Shown here piece by piece: positions 37,663-47,417 of a DNA stretch of 64,000 bases. The DNA is from Tagaea sp. (lineage in GTDB: Bacteria; Pseudomonadota; Alphaproteobacteria; CACIAM-22H2): the NCBI GenBank assembly GCA_965279525.1, contig CBDIIB010000005.1, forward strand, positions 128,001 to 192,000. Direction: 5' to 3'. Positions within the stretch are counted from its first letter, which is position 1. Each line of letters starts with the position of its first letter. The translations under genes and the position numbers were made by a program. The notes beneath the pieces were generated by a model. That model was not told where the DNA came from. It worked only from the letters and a program-made list of their open reading frames with translations, and searched no databases.

Positions 37663-38826
37663 GTGGTCGACGCGCTCGAGTTCGCCCGCGACCTGATCCG
37701 CTGCAAGTCGGTGACGCCGGCCGATGACGGCGCGCTGGGCACGCTCGAGAAGCGGCTCAAGGCGCTGGGCTTCGCGTGCCACCGGCTCAAATTCTCGCAG
37801 GACGGCACGCCGGACGTCGACAATCTCTATGCGCGCATCGGCACGGCGGCGCCGCATTTCTGCTTCGCCGGCCATACCGACGTCGTGCCCCCCGGCAATC
37901 TCGCGGGCTGGACGGTCGATCCCTTCGCCGCCGAGATCCATGACGGGTTCCTCTACGGGCGCGGTGCGGTCGACATGAAGGGCTCCATCGCCGCGTTCGT
38001 CGCGGCGGCCGCCCGCTTCCTGGGTGCGCGCAAGGGCGACCTGCCCGGCTCGATCTCGCTGCTGATCACCGGCGACGAGGAAGGCCCGTCGATCAACGGC
38101 ACGATCAAGGTGCTCGACTGGCTGGCCAAGCGCGGCGAGAAGCTGGACGCGTGCGTGGTCGGCGAACCCACCAACGAGACCGTGCTGGGCGATATGGTGA
38201 AGATCGGCCGGCGCGGCTCGGTCAACGCCACGCTGGTCGCCAAGGGCGTGCAGGGCCACGTCGCCTATCCGCACCTTGCCGACAATCCCACCCACCACCT
38301 GATCCGGCTGCTCGCCGACCTGACGGCAAAGCCGCTCGACGAAGGCAACGCGCATTTCCAGCCTTCCTCGCTGCAGGTGACGACCATCGATGTCGGCAAC
38401 CCGACCGAGAACCTGATCCCGGCCGAGGCGCGTGCCCGCCTCAACATCCGCTTCAACGACGTGCACACGTCGAAGTCGCTCCTCGACTGGATCGCGTCGC
38501 GCATCGCGGCCTCGGGCTCGAAGATCGAGATGACGAGCCGCGTGTCGGGCGAATCCTTCATCACGCCGCCCGGGGCCCTCTCCGATCTCGTTTCCGGTGC
38601 GGTCGAGAAGGTGCTGGGCCGCAGGCCGGCCCTCTCCACGACCGGCGGCACCTCCGACGCGCGCTTCATCGTGCGCCACTGCAAGACGGTCGAGTTCGGC
38701 CTTGTCGGCCGCACGATGCACAAGACCGACGAACGCGCCGCCGTCGCCGACATCGCGGCGCTGTGCGACATCTACGGCCACATGCTCGACGGGTTCTTCG
38801 CACCGCCGCCTGCGCCCCGGGCCTAG
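37663..38826 (+). CDS. dapE: Succinyl-diaminopimelate desuccinylase
   Basis: 'FAGHTDVVP', 'GRGAVDMKG', 'TGDEEG', 'VGEPT', 'GRRGS', 'GGTSDARF'. Confidence 0.96.
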   Translation: MVDALEFARDLIRCKSVTPADDGALGTLEKRLKALGFACHRLKFSQDGTPDVDNLYARIGTAAPHFCFAGHTDVVPPGNLAGWTVDPFAAEIHDGFLYGRGAVDMKGSIAAFVAAAARFLGARKGDLPGSISLLITGDEEGPSINGTIKVLDWLAKRGEKLDACVVGEPTNETVLGDMVKIGRRGSVNATLVAKGVQGHVAYPHLADNPTHHLIRLLADLTAKPLDEGNAHFQPSSLQVTTIDVGNPTENLIPAEARARLNIRFNDVHTSKSLLDWIASRIAASGSKIEMTSRVSGESFITPPGALSDLVSGAVEKVLGRRPALSTTGGTSDARFIVRHCKTVEFGLVGRTMHKTDERAAVADIAALCDIYGHMLDGFFAPPPAPRA

Positions 38827-38828
38827 GG

Positions 38829-39407
38829 ATGGCGCTCGCCCGTCTCGTCGCCGGACCGATCAACGGGCTGATGCGCGTGCTGCGGGGCGACCGGGCGGGC
38901 CTCGATCTGATGGGGGCCGCAAGCCGGGCGGGCTGGATCGCGTCGTTCGTCATTCCGGGCCTCCTGCTCGCCCCCGCCTATGGCTGGATGACGATGCGCC
39001 GTTTCGCCGACGTGGAGTTCGAGCCCGAGTTCGTGCCGACCTTCACGATCGAGGCGATCGGCTACGTCATCGGCTGGACGGCGTTTCCGGTGCTGTCGCA
39101 TGCGATCTGCCAGCGCATCGGCAAGCCCGTCGACTGGTTCGGCTACATCGCGGCCTATAACTGGGCCAACGTCCTGCAGATCGCGTTCTACGTGCCGGCC
39201 GCCCTGCTCGGCACGTTCGACGGCGTGCCGCCGCTGCCGCTGTTCCTGGTCGGCGTCGTCGCGGTGAGTGCGGCGATCGCCCTCCATTTCCGGGTGGCAC
39301 GCGTCGTGCTGGAGATCGCCCCGGTCCAGGCGCTGATGCTGGTCGCGGTCGACCTCGCCGTCGGCCAGATCATCTCGCGGCTGGTGGACCGGCTGCACGC
39401 CATCTAG
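38829..39407 (+). CDS. Hypothetical inner-membrane protein
   Basis: Multiple hydrophobic segments, 'YIAAYNWA'; 2 bp after dapE. Confidence 0.75.
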   Translation: MALARLVAGPINGLMRVLRGDRAGLDLMGAASRAGWIASFVIPGLLLAPAYGWMTMRRFADVEFEPEFVPTFTIEAIGYVIGWTAFPVLSHAICQRIGKPVDWFGYIAAYNWANVLQIAFYVPAALLGTFDGVPPLPLFLVGVVAVSAAIALHFRVARVVLEIAPVQALMLVAVDLAVGQIISRLVDRLHAI

Positions 39408-39420
39408 GGAGCAAGCAACC

Positions 39421-40527
39421 ATGCGCGCGATCGTCGAACGCCTGCCGATGCGCGACCCCGCCGACATGTCGGCGCTGAAGGCGGCATTCGCTTCGGGCCG
39501 CCTCGATCCGGCCGGCATCGTGGCGATTCTCGGAAAGACCGAGGGAAACGGCTGCGTCAACGACTTCACCCGCGGCTACGCCACGCTGGCGATGAAGCTC
39601 GCGTTGGCTGAGGCGACCGGCGCCACGCCCGCCGAAATCGGCGCACGCGTCGCCCTCGTCATGTCGGGCGGCACCGAGGGCGGCCTCAGCCCGCACATGA
39701 TCGTGTTCGCCGTCGTCCCCGACGCTGGTGCCAAACCATCGGGCAAGCGGCTGGCGATCGGAACCGGTTTCACGCGCGAATTTGCCGCATCCGAAATCGG
39801 CCGCAAGGCGCAGATCGACGCGACGGCCACGGCCGTGCGCGAAGCGATGGCCAAGGCCGGCATCGCCGAGGTGCAGGACGTGCACTACGTGCAGGTCAAA
39901 TGCCCGCTGCTGACGGCCGAGCGCAGCGAGGGGCACGACGTGGTGTGCGTCGACACCTATGAATCCATGGCCTATTCGCGCGGCGCTTCCGCGCTCGGCG
40001 TGGCGGCAGCACTTGGCGAGATCGACGCGCGGCAGGCGACCGACGCCGCCGTGTGCGCCGACTGGTCGCTGCATTCCGGTGTCGCCAGCACGTCGGCCGG
40101 CATCGAGCTGATGCGCAACGAGATCATGGTGCTGGGCAATTCCGCCGCATGGACCGGCGAGCTTGCCGTCGCGCACCGCGTGATGAAGGACGGCATCGAT
40201 TCACCTGCCTTGTGGGCCGCCCTCGCCGATCTCGGCATTTCCGGCAACGGCCAGCTCGACGACGCCGCGCGCGGACGCATCGCCGCCGTGCTCGCCAAGG
40301 CCGAGCCGCCGCATGGCGGCACGATAAGGGGGGCCCGCCACATCATGCGCGACGACAGCGACATCAACGCCACGCGCCACGCGCGGGCACTGGTCGGCGG
40401 CGTGCTCGCCGGTGCGGTCGGCGACACGCGCCTGTTCGTGTCGGGCGGGGCGGAACACCAGGGCCCCGACGGCGGCGGCCCGGTCGCGGTGATCGGGCGG
40501 GTACAACCCTCACCCCGCGACCTATAG
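39421..40527 (+). CDS. Ring-opening amidohydrolase of the cyanuric acid hydrolase/barbiturase (AtzD) family
   Basis: 'GKTEGNGCVNDFTRG', 'MSGGTEG', 'VQVKCPLL', 'SMAYSRGASALG', 'STSAG', 'FVSGGAEHQGPDGGGPVAVI'. Confidence 0.92.
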   Translation: MRAIVERLPMRDPADMSALKAAFASGRLDPAGIVAILGKTEGNGCVNDFTRGYATLAMKLALAEATGATPAEIGARVALVMSGGTEGGLSPHMIVFAVVPDAGAKPSGKRLAIGTGFTREFAASEIGRKAQIDATATAVREAMAKAGIAEVQDVHYVQVKCPLLTAERSEGHDVVCVDTYESMAYSRGASALGVAAALGEIDARQATDAAVCADWSLHSGVASTSAGIELMRNEIMVLGNSAAWTGELAVAHRVMKDGIDSPALWAALADLGISGNGQLDDAARGRIAAVLAKAEPPHGGTIRGARHIMRDDSDINATRHARALVGGVLAGAVGDTRLFVSGGAEHQGPDGGGPVAVIGRVQPSPRDL

Positions 40528-40610
40528 GTCGCGCCTCTCCCGCAAGCGGGAGAGGGGACAAGACCGGTGCGATCCCCTCTCCCCTCCGGGGAGAGGGTTA
40601 GGGTGAGGGG
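40507..40610. repeat. REP-like palindromic doublet element (CCCTCACCC...CCTCTCCC...GGGAGAGG type)
   Basis: Terminal inverted CCCTCACCC/GGGTGAGGG; hairpins 40534-40555 and 40575-40597; 18-bp palindrome 40516-40533. Confidence 0.75.
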
Positions 40611-40673
40611 TGTGTATTTAATACGACCAAAAATCGTAATTGATTTTTTGCCAACCATAGGTATACTTGCTGT

Positions 40674-40850
40674 CACGTGCTCTTTGACATCGTGAATGGA
40701 ATGTCGAAGCCGGTGGCGTGTGCTCGCAAGGGTGCGCTCCACCGGGACGGGAAACCTTGCTTGACGGTAAAGTGATTCGTCGCCGTCAACGTCACCTTGA
40801 ACGAATTCAAGACGTTGCGAGTTGACGGTCGCCTCCCGTCAACTCAATTT
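40674..40850 (+). ncRNA. Candidate structured non-coding RNA (unassigned family)
   Basis: TTGATT-16 nt-TATACT promoter (40640-40667); TGCTCTTTGACA at 40678; five consecutive hairpins, the last (40819-40845) followed by AATTTT. Confidence 0.45.
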
Positions 40851-41593
40851 TGCGGCGGATAATCCACGCGCACGAGATAGAGCCCCTGCGGCGGGGCGGT
40901 CGGACCGGCGACGCGGCGGTCGCGGGCGGCGAGTGCTTCGGCGATGTCCTCAGGCTTCCAGCGGCCTTCGCCGACCAGCTTCAGCGAGCCCATCATGTTG
41001 CGCACCTGATGGTGCAGGAACGCGCGCGCCTCGACCCACGCCGTGATCTCGCCGCCTTCGCGCCGGATGTCGAGGCGTTCGAGCGTGCGCACCGGGTTCT
41101 TCGCCTGGCAGCCGGTGGCGCGGAAGCTCGTGAAGTCGTGACTGCCCTGGAGGAACGCGGCACCAGCGCGCATCGCATCCACGTCGAGCGGTTTGCCGAC
41201 ATGCCACACACGTCCCTTCTCGAGCACGGGCCGCGCGCGCCGGTCGTAGATCCGGTAGAGATAGACGCGGTGGATGGCCGAGAAGCGCGCGTGGAAGCGC
41301 CTGTCGACTTCCTCCACCTCCACCGCCTGCGCGCCGAACGGCTTCAGGTGCCAGTTGAGCGCCTCGCGGATCTTCAGCGCGTCCCAGTCCTTGTCGAGAT
41401 CGACATGTGCCACCTGCCCGATCGCGTGGACGCCCGAATCCGTGCGACCCGCCGCGACGGTCGCGACCGGATGGCCGACGAACTTGGCGAACGCTTCTTC
41501 CACGGCCTGCTGCACGCTGAAGCCGCTGATCTGGCGCTGCCAGCCGACGAAGCCGCCGCCATCGTATTCGAGCGTCAGCTTGTAGCGCTTCAT
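40844..41593 (-). CDS. truA: tRNA pseudouridine(38-40) synthase
   Basis: 'EYDG..F.GWQ.Q', '[10 protein letters not shown]', 'FHARFSA', '[10 protein letters not shown]', 'APPQGL'. Confidence 0.96.
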   Translation of the reverse strand: MKRYKLTLEYDGGGFVGWQRQISGFSVQQAVEEAFAKFVGHPVATVAAGRTDSGVHAIGQVAHVDLDKDWDALKIREALNWHLKPFGAQAVEVEEVDRRFHARFSAIHRVYLYRIYDRRARPVLEKGRVWHVGKPLDVDAMRAGAAFLQGSHDFTSFRATGCQAKNPVRTLERLDIRREGGEITAWVEARAFLHHQVRNMMGSLKLVGEGRWKPEDIAEALAARDRRVAGPTAPPQGLYLVRVDYPPQN

Positions 41594-42501
41594 GCGGCGA
41601 GATCCGTGCCCACGGGAAGCGGATAGCCGCGAAGCAGCGCATCGGCGTCCATCGGTGCGCGTCCCGCGCGCTGCACGCGCGTGAGCTCGAGCGCGTCGGT
41701 CCCGCACGCGACGACGAGCGGGGCCGCGACGATCCGGCCCGGCACGCCGTCGGCTGCCGCGACCGCGCGCGCCCCCAGCACCTTGAAGCGCTCGCCGCCA
41801 TGCGCGAACCACGCCCCCGGGAAGGGGTCGAAGGCGCGGATGCGGCGCGCAAGCAGTTCGGCCGGCTGGCGCCAGTCGATCCGCGCCTCGTCCTTGTCGA
41901 GCTTGCGCGCGTAGGTCGCCCCGTCGCCCTGGATCTCGGGCACCAGCGTGTCGAGTTTCGCGAGCGCTTCGACGATGGCTTGCGCTCCCAGCGGGGCGAG
42001 TTCGTCGTGCAGCGAACCGCCTGTGGCGTTCGGCATGATGGGCAACACGCGCTTCAGCAGCATCGGGCCGGTATCGAGGCCGGCTTCCATCTGCATGATC
42101 GTGATGCCGGTCTCGCCGTCGCCCGCTTCGATCGCGCGCTGGATGGGGGCCGCCCCGCGCCAGCGCGGCAGCAGCGAAGCATGGATGTTGAGGCAGCCGC
42201 GCCTGGGTGCATCGAGCACGGCCTGCGGCAGGATCAGGCCATAGGCCGCGACCACGGCGACGTCGAGCGCGAGGGAAGCGAACTCGGCCCGCGCTTCGGG
42301 TGCCTTGAAGTTCACCGGATGGCGCACCTGAAGCCCCAGCTCCAGGGCGCGTGCATGCACGGGGCTCGGCACCTCGTGCTGGCCGCGGCCGGCCGGGCGC
42401 GGCGGCTGGGAGTAGACGCACGCGATCTCGTGCCCGGCTTTGGCCAACGCGTCGAGAGCTGCGACCGCGAAGGCCGGCGTGCCCATGAAGGCGAGGCGCA
42501 T
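41590..42501 (-). CDS. fmt: Methionyl-tRNA formyltransferase
   Basis: 'FMGTP.FA', '[16 protein letters not shown]', 'GLDTG'. Confidence 0.97.
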   Translation of the reverse strand: MRLAFMGTPAFAVAALDALAKAGHEIACVYSQPPRPAGRGQHEVPSPVHARALELGLQVRHPVNFKAPEARAEFASLALDVAVVAAYGLILPQAVLDAPRRGCLNIHASLLPRWRGAAPIQRAIEAGDGETGITIMQMEAGLDTGPMLLKRVLPIMPNATGGSLHDELAPLGAQAIVEALAKLDTLVPEIQGDGATYARKLDKDEARIDWRQPAELLARRIRAFDPFPGAWFAHGGERFKVLGARAVAAADGVPGRIVAAPLVVACGTDALELTRVQRAGRAPMDADALLRGYPLPVGTDLAA

Positions 42502-42510
42502 GGCGGCCGG

Positions 42511-43029
42511 CTACTCGGCGGCCTTCAGCCGCTGGGCCTTCTGCACCTTGCGCAGGATCATCGTGCGCTTGAGCGCCGAGAGATGGTCGACGAACAGCAC
42601 GCCTTCGAGATGGTCCATCTCGTGCTGGATGCACACGGCGAGCAGGCCGTCGCAATCGATCTCCTGCACCTTGTCGTTCTCGTCGCGATAGCGCACGCGC
42701 ACCTGCTTGGGACGCTCGACCTCGGCATACTGGTCGGGGACCGACAGGCAGCCCTCCTCGCACGGCACCGTTTCTTCCGACGCCCAGACGATCTCCGGGT
42801 CGACGAACTTGCGGGGGCTGGCCGCCTCGTCGTCGCGCGCGAGGTCCATGACGACGATGCGTTTGGAAACACCGATCTGAGGTGCGGCCAGGCCGATGCC
42901 GTTGGCGGCGTACATCGTCTCGACCATGTCGTCCATCAAGGCGCGCACGGCGTCGTCGACCTTGCCGACGGGCTTGGCCTTCGCCTTGAGGCGCGGATCG
43001 GGGGCGACGAGGACTTCACGGACTGCCAT
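42511..43029 (-). CDS. def: Peptide deformylase
   Basis: 'GIGLAAPQIG', 'EGCLS', 'QHEMDHL'. Confidence 0.98.
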   Translation of the reverse strand: MAVREVLVAPDPRLKAKAKPVGKVDDAVRALMDDMVETMYAANGIGLAAPQIGVSKRIVVMDLARDDEAASPRKFVDPEIVWASEETVPCEEGCLSVPDQYAEVERPKQVRVRYRDENDKVQEIDCDGLLAVCIQHEMDHLEGVLFVDHLSALKRTMILRKVQKAQRLKAAE

Positions 43030-43138
43030 AGCCGGTCAATTAGGGCCTCGCCCGGCACGGGTCAAGCGGCCTTGGCGGTCCGGAGCGGGCGGGGTAACGT
43101 TCCCGCCCGATCGCCTGGAATTTCCGGAGAACCGACCG

Positions 43139-44020
43139 ATGACCGCCGCGGAACGCCTGCGCACGCTGCTTGCCGAACCGACCTTGCACGCCATGCCCGG
43201 CGTGTTCGACGCGCTGTCGGCCCGGATCGCCCGCGAGGCCGGCTACCGGCTGATGTTCATGAGCGGCTTTGCCGTTTCCGCCGTCCGTCTCGGCCAGCCC
43301 GACGCGGGGCTGCTCTCGATGGGCGAGATGCTGGATTCGCTGCGCGGGTGCATCTCGGCGGCCGGTGACGTGCCCGTGCTTGGCGACGGCGACACGGGCT
43401 GGGGCAACGCGCTCAACGTCCAGCGCACGGTCGAGGAATATGCGCGCGCCGGGTCCGCCGCGATCATGCTGGAAGACCAGGTCAGTCCCAAGAAGTGCGG
43501 CCACACCAAGGGCAAGCAGGTCATCGCGCGCAAGGAAGCGCGCCTCAAGATCCGGGCGGCGGCCGAGGCGCGCGATGCGCTGCGCGCTGCCGGCCGCGGC
43601 GACATCCTGATCCTGGCGCGCACCGACGCGCGCGCGGTCCACGGCTTCGACGAGGCACTCCAGCGCTGCAAGGATTTCGTCGATGAAGGGGCCGACATCA
43701 TCTTCCTCGAAGCGCCCGAGAGCGTGGACGAGATGAAGCGCTTCTGCCGCACGATCCCGCGCCCATGCCTTGCCAACATGGTGTTCGAGGGCAAGACGCC
43801 GGTCCTGCCTGCGGCGGAACTGCAGGAGATCGGCTACCGGCTTGCCGTCTATCCGGTCGTCGGCCTTACGGCGGTCATCGCCGCGTTGCGCCAGGCCTTC
43901 GCGGCCGTCGTGCCGGGAAGCACCGTGCCGCAGCCGCCGCACCTTACCTTTCCTGAACTGCAGGAAGCGGTCGGCTTTCCGGATTATTGGGCGCGCGAGA
44001 AGCGCTTCGCGGCCGACTAA
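43139..44020 (+). CDS. Isocitrate lyase/PEP mutase family enzyme
   Basis: 'FDALSAR', 'DGDTGWG', 'LEDQVSPKKCGH', 'ARTDA', 'GADIIFLEA'. Confidence 0.88.
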   Translation: MTAAERLRTLLAEPTLHAMPGVFDALSARIAREAGYRLMFMSGFAVSAVRLGQPDAGLLSMGEMLDSLRGCISAAGDVPVLGDGDTGWGNALNVQRTVEEYARAGSAAIMLEDQVSPKKCGHTKGKQVIARKEARLKIRAAAEARDALRAAGRGDILILARTDARAVHGFDEALQRCKDFVDEGADIIFLEAPESVDEMKRFCRTIPRPCLANMVFEGKTPVLPAAELQEIGYRLAVYPVVGLTAVIAALRQAFAAVVPGSTVPQPPHLTFPELQEAVGFPDYWAREKRFAAD

Positions 44021-44787
44021 CGTTCAACCGCGTCGAGCGTGCGCGGAGAGCCGACCGCCGGGTGCCACGACCAGCCGAGTGCGGCCGAATAGCGCCGCTC
44101 GGCGCGCGCCTGGCAGAACCACAGCGGCGGTGCCGAGATCGGCCGCCCGTCCTGCACCATGCGGCCTTGCGACGTGCAGCTCTGCGCCACGGTGAAGCCC
44201 TCGCAGCTTGCCGCCTGGCCGGTCTCCGGACATTCGCGCGCCTCGCCCACCACCTCGAACGTCTCGCGCACGTCCCAGCGGCCGAAGCGCTGGGCCGCGT
44301 TGATCCTGCCGCCGGGGAAATACCAGCCTTCCTGCAGCACGTAGCTGACCGTCAGCGTCTTTCCCGGTGCGAGCGGGAAAAGGCCGCCTTCGACGGCGTC
44401 GATGCGCGCGATCCACGTGGCGCGGTCGCTCAGGCCCGGCAGCCGCGCATCGTCGGTGCGCGCGAGGAACAGGAGCCCGCCCAGCGCCACCGCGAAGGTC
44501 CGCTCGGCCTCGCCGGCGGCGGCGGCCAGCGAAAGGCGCACCTTCGTGATGCCGTCGGCATGCGCCACGATGCCGAGCGCGTTCTCGCTGTTGCCGATGC
44601 GGTCGTACCGGATTGCGCGGAAGGCCGGGGCGGGTGCGCCGGCAAACTCGGGATGGGTCCGGACGAACGACGCGACGGCCGCCGGCAGGCCCGGCGGGCC
44701 GAACGAAGCGAGGAAGTCGGCCGTCTCGTCGGCCATCGCGAGCGACGGCAGCAGGGCCAGCAGGGCTGCGAAGGCGGACCGGATCAT
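44017..44787 (-). CDS. Hypothetical secreted protein
   Basis: Signal peptide MIRSAFAALLALLPSLAMA; GC3-rich codons; four Cys in the C-terminal half. Confidence 0.65.
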   Translation of the reverse strand: MIRSAFAALLALLPSLAMADETADFLASFGPPGLPAAVASFVRTHPEFAGAPAPAFRAIRYDRIGNSENALGIVAHADGITKVRLSLAAAAGEAERTFAVALGGLLFLARTDDARLPGLSDRATWIARIDAVEGGLFPLAPGKTLTVSYVLQEGWYFPGGRINAAQRFGRWDVRETFEVVGEARECPETGQAASCEGFTVAQSCTSQGRMVQDGRPISAPPLWFCQARAERRYSAALGWSWHPAVGSPRTLDAVER

Positions 44788-44816
44788 GGCACGCACTCTA
44801 GCACCCCCGCTCGCGG

Positions 44817-45155
44817 CTAGAAGAGCTTGCCGCCGTCGGGCACCGCGACGGACGGGCCGACCAGCACGACCGCCCCGTTCGCGTCGGGAAAGCCAAGTGT
44901 GAGCACCTCGCTCATGAACGGGCCGATCTGGCGGGGCGGGAAATTGACGACCGCCGCCACCTGCCGGCCCATCAGCGTCTCGGGCGTGTAGTGGACCGTG
45001 ATCTGGGCCGAGCTCTTCTTGATGCCGATCGCGGGTCCGAAATCGATGCGCAGCTTGAAGGCGGGCTTGCGCGCCTCGGGGAAGGGTTCGACGCCGACGA
45101 TCGTTCCGACCCGGATATCGACGCGTTCGAAGTCGGCAAACGTGATCTCGGCCAT
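44817..45155 (-). CDS. csaA: tRNA-binding/secretion chaperone CsaA
   Basis: 'DFERVDIRVGTI', 'KKSSAQIT', 'VVNFPPRQIG..MSEVLTLG'. Confidence 0.92.
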   Translation of the reverse strand: MAEITFADFERVDIRVGTIVGVEPFPEARKPAFKLRIDFGPAIGIKKSSAQITVHYTPETLMGRQVAAVVNFPPRQIGPFMSEVLTLGFPDANGAVVLVGPSVAVPDGGKLF

Positions 45156-45173
45156 GTCCTCTGGTCCCGCGCA

Positions 45174-45208
45174 AAAGAAAAAGGCCCCGGCGGATCCGCC
45201 GGGGCCTT
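45174..45208 (-). terminator. Intrinsic terminator downstream of phasin
   Basis: 28-bp palindrome AAGGCCCCGGCGGATCCGCCGGGGCCTT followed by a T-rich tract on the minus strand. Confidence 0.8.
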
Positions 45209-45243
45209 CTCAATAGCGCAGGCGGGGCGTGCCCGCGAAGCGC

Positions 45244-45693
45244 TTACTTCTTCTTGGCGATGACCGTCTTGATCTCGTCGAGGCTGTCGGCGACGCGCTT
45301 CTGGACGACGTCCATGGCTTCGGTCTGCGACTTGGCGACGAGTTCGGCCAGCTCGCGCATGTTCTGCACGGCGCGCTGGAAGGCGTCCTTGACGATCTCG
45401 GTCTGCTTGGCGGCCTTCTCTTCGGGGCTGCCGGCGGCCATCACTTCGCGCATCGCGCTCGAGGCTTCTTCCATCATCGAACGGAAGATCTCGCTCTGGC
45501 GGCGGGCGATCGCCTGCATGCTCTCGACGGCGAGCTGGTTGGCCTGGGCGAGCGCTTCGATGTTCTTGCGCTGCGTGGCGACCACGCCTTCCATGTCGAC
45601 GGCGGCGAACTTGAAGTCGCCCATCTGCTTGGGCATCTCGAACATCTTGGCAAAATCGAAATCACCGAACGGCATCTTGTTTCCTTTCAGCAT
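45244..45693 (-). CDS. Phasin (PHA granule-associated protein)
   Basis: 'QRKNIEALAQANQLAVE.MQAIARRQ.EI', 'RELAELVAKS..EA.DV...RV..SLDE'; start 45693 or 45675. Confidence 0.9.
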   Translation of the reverse strand: MLKGNKMPFGDFDFAKMFEMPKQMGDFKFAAVDMEGVVATQRKNIEALAQANQLAVESMQAIARRQSEIFRSMMEEASSAMREVMAAGSPEEKAAKQTEIVKDAFQRAVQNMRELAELVAKSQTEAMDVVQKRVADSLDEIKTVIAKKK

Positions 45694-45818
45694 GGCGGGC
45701 GCCCTTTCGCGACACGAGTTCCGTAGTTCAGCGCGCGAGGGCACGCCAAATGACTGCCCGGATAATGGTCACTTGTGGCCTTCCGGTCAAGGAAAATTGT
45801 GCGGTGCAGCAAAAACTT

Positions 45819-46454
45819 CTAGGCGGCTACCCGCGCCTTGGAACCATTAAGAAATGCCGGTAAATTCGATGTTAGCGCTTCCAGCCGGCCCAACGACTTG
45901 TCGAGGCTTGCCATTGTTTTTGCTGCATCTGCGCTCTCGTCGTCGAGCCAGACCCGGAACGTGCCCAAATAGACGGCAGCTAAGGCTTTGATCTTCAAAG
46001 GGCCGAGGGGCAAGCGCGGACTGACTCCCGCAGCCTCGGCGAGCCCCGCCATCGACTTCATGCCGCCGGGCACCAGGCACAGGGCGGCCAGAGGATCGCG
46101 GCCCAGATCGGCAAGGATGCCGCGGACGGCCGCCTTGTGCGGCCCCAATGCATCGAAGCGCCGCATGATCAGGTCGAACAGCCGGTCCTTGACCGAGCCG
46201 TCGGCCTCCACCGGTGCGGCCAGCATGGCGGCATCGACGCGCCGCCCGAACGAAGCGAGCAGTGCCGTCTTCGAGGTCGCGTGCTGGCGCAGCTCGGACA
46301 CCGGCATGCCGGCCTCGGCGGCGATGTCGGCTAGCGAGATTTCCGACCAGCGGCGCGAACCCGCCAGGCGAAGCATCGCATCGAGTGCGGCTTCCGCCGG
46401 ATCGGCGGCGGGCGGTGCTTCTTTGGATCCGGTGCGCGAACGCTTGGCTGCCAT
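45819..46454 (-). CDS. TetR/AcrR-like transcriptional regulator
   Basis: 'SLADIAAEAG' HTH, 'DRLFDLIMRRFDAL', 'WLDD..D..KTMA.LD..L'. Confidence 0.8.
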   Translation of the reverse strand: MAAKRSRTGSKEAPPAADPAEAALDAMLRLAGSRRWSEISLADIAAEAGMPVSELRQHATSKTALLASFGRRVDAAMLAAPVEADGSVKDRLFDLIMRRFDALGPHKAAVRGILADLGRDPLAALCLVPGGMKSMAGLAEAAGVSPRLPLGPLKIKALAAVYLGTFRVWLDDESADAAKTMASLDKSLGRLEALTSNLPAFLNGSKARVAA

Positions 46455-46529
46455 CGCTGCCTCCCTGGAGCATTCCCTCCCACAGAGTTAGGGCGGCCGG
46501 GGTCCCCAGTCAATCAGCGGGGGCGTCAA

Positions 46530-47363
46530 TCAGCGGGGGCGGACCCGCGAGCGCTCGGCGATGTCGCGGATCCCGTCGGCCGAGGCGCCCGCGATCTCGA
46601 AGGCGAGTTCGGCCCATTGCCGGTCGAGGATCTGCACGGGCACGGGGTTCTGCATGTCGACGCGGCCAAGCTCGGCACCGCCGGCATCGCGCACGCGCCA
46701 GTTCACGCTGACGCGTCGGGTCTCCGGACCGGCATTGCCGATCGTCACGGTGCCGACGACGGCGATCACGTCGGGGCCGGCCGCATCCACGATCCGCAGG
46801 CCCGCGCGTTCGAGATGGAAGGCAAGGCTGCGCACGAGCGCCAGTCCGCCGTCGCCCGGTGCGCCGGCGACGCTCTCGACATGGATCGCCGGCAGGGTAC
46901 GCGCCAGTGCGGCTTCGGGCTTGATCGCGTTGACGATCGCCTGCGCGATGGGCCGGGCGACCGCGTCCCACGCCTCGGGCCGGTCGGGGGAGGCCGGGAA
47001 GCCGGTCTCGGCGCGGGGATCGGCAAGCGACGTGCCTTTGGCATCGACGAGGTTGGCCATCACCTGCACGCGCCCGGCCTGAATCTCGGCCTGCAGGTCG
47101 AGGATCAGGCTCTGCGGATTGCCGGCCTTCACGTTGGCCGGCACGTCGAGATCGCGCAGCGCCTTCGCCACCGCCTCGGCGAGGGCACGCGACGGCGCAT
47201 CCGCAAGGCCGAAAGCCGGCGGCACGATGATGCCGCCGAAATCCGTCAGGCGCAGCAGCGGATTTTCCGCGAGCTCCTTGTCGTCGGGCTGGAACGGGCG
47301 CGGCAGCGGCCCGCACGCGGCCAGCGCCAGTGCCGCGGCAAGCACGACGATCAGGCGAAACAC
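46530..47363 (-). CDS. Hypothetical lipoprotein
   Basis: GTG start, lipobox LAAC, 'CGPLPRPFQ'. Confidence 0.75.
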   Translation of the reverse strand: MFRLIVVLAAALALAACGPLPRPFQPDDKELAENPLLRLTDFGGIIVPPAFGLADAPSRALAEAVAKALRDLDVPANVKAGNPQSLILDLQAEIQAGRVQVMANLVDAKGTSLADPRAETGFPASPDRPEAWDAVARPIAQAIVNAIKPEAALARTLPAIHVESVAGAPGDGGLALVRSLAFHLERAGLRIVDAAGPDVIAVVGTVTIGNAGPETRRVSVNWRVRDAGGAELGRVDMQNPVPVQILDRQWAELAFEIAGASADGIRDIAERSRVRPR

Positions 47364-47417
47364 GAGACGACCAGTCCGGCAATCAGGATCAGCAGGAAGA
47401 TGAGCATATAGGGCATG

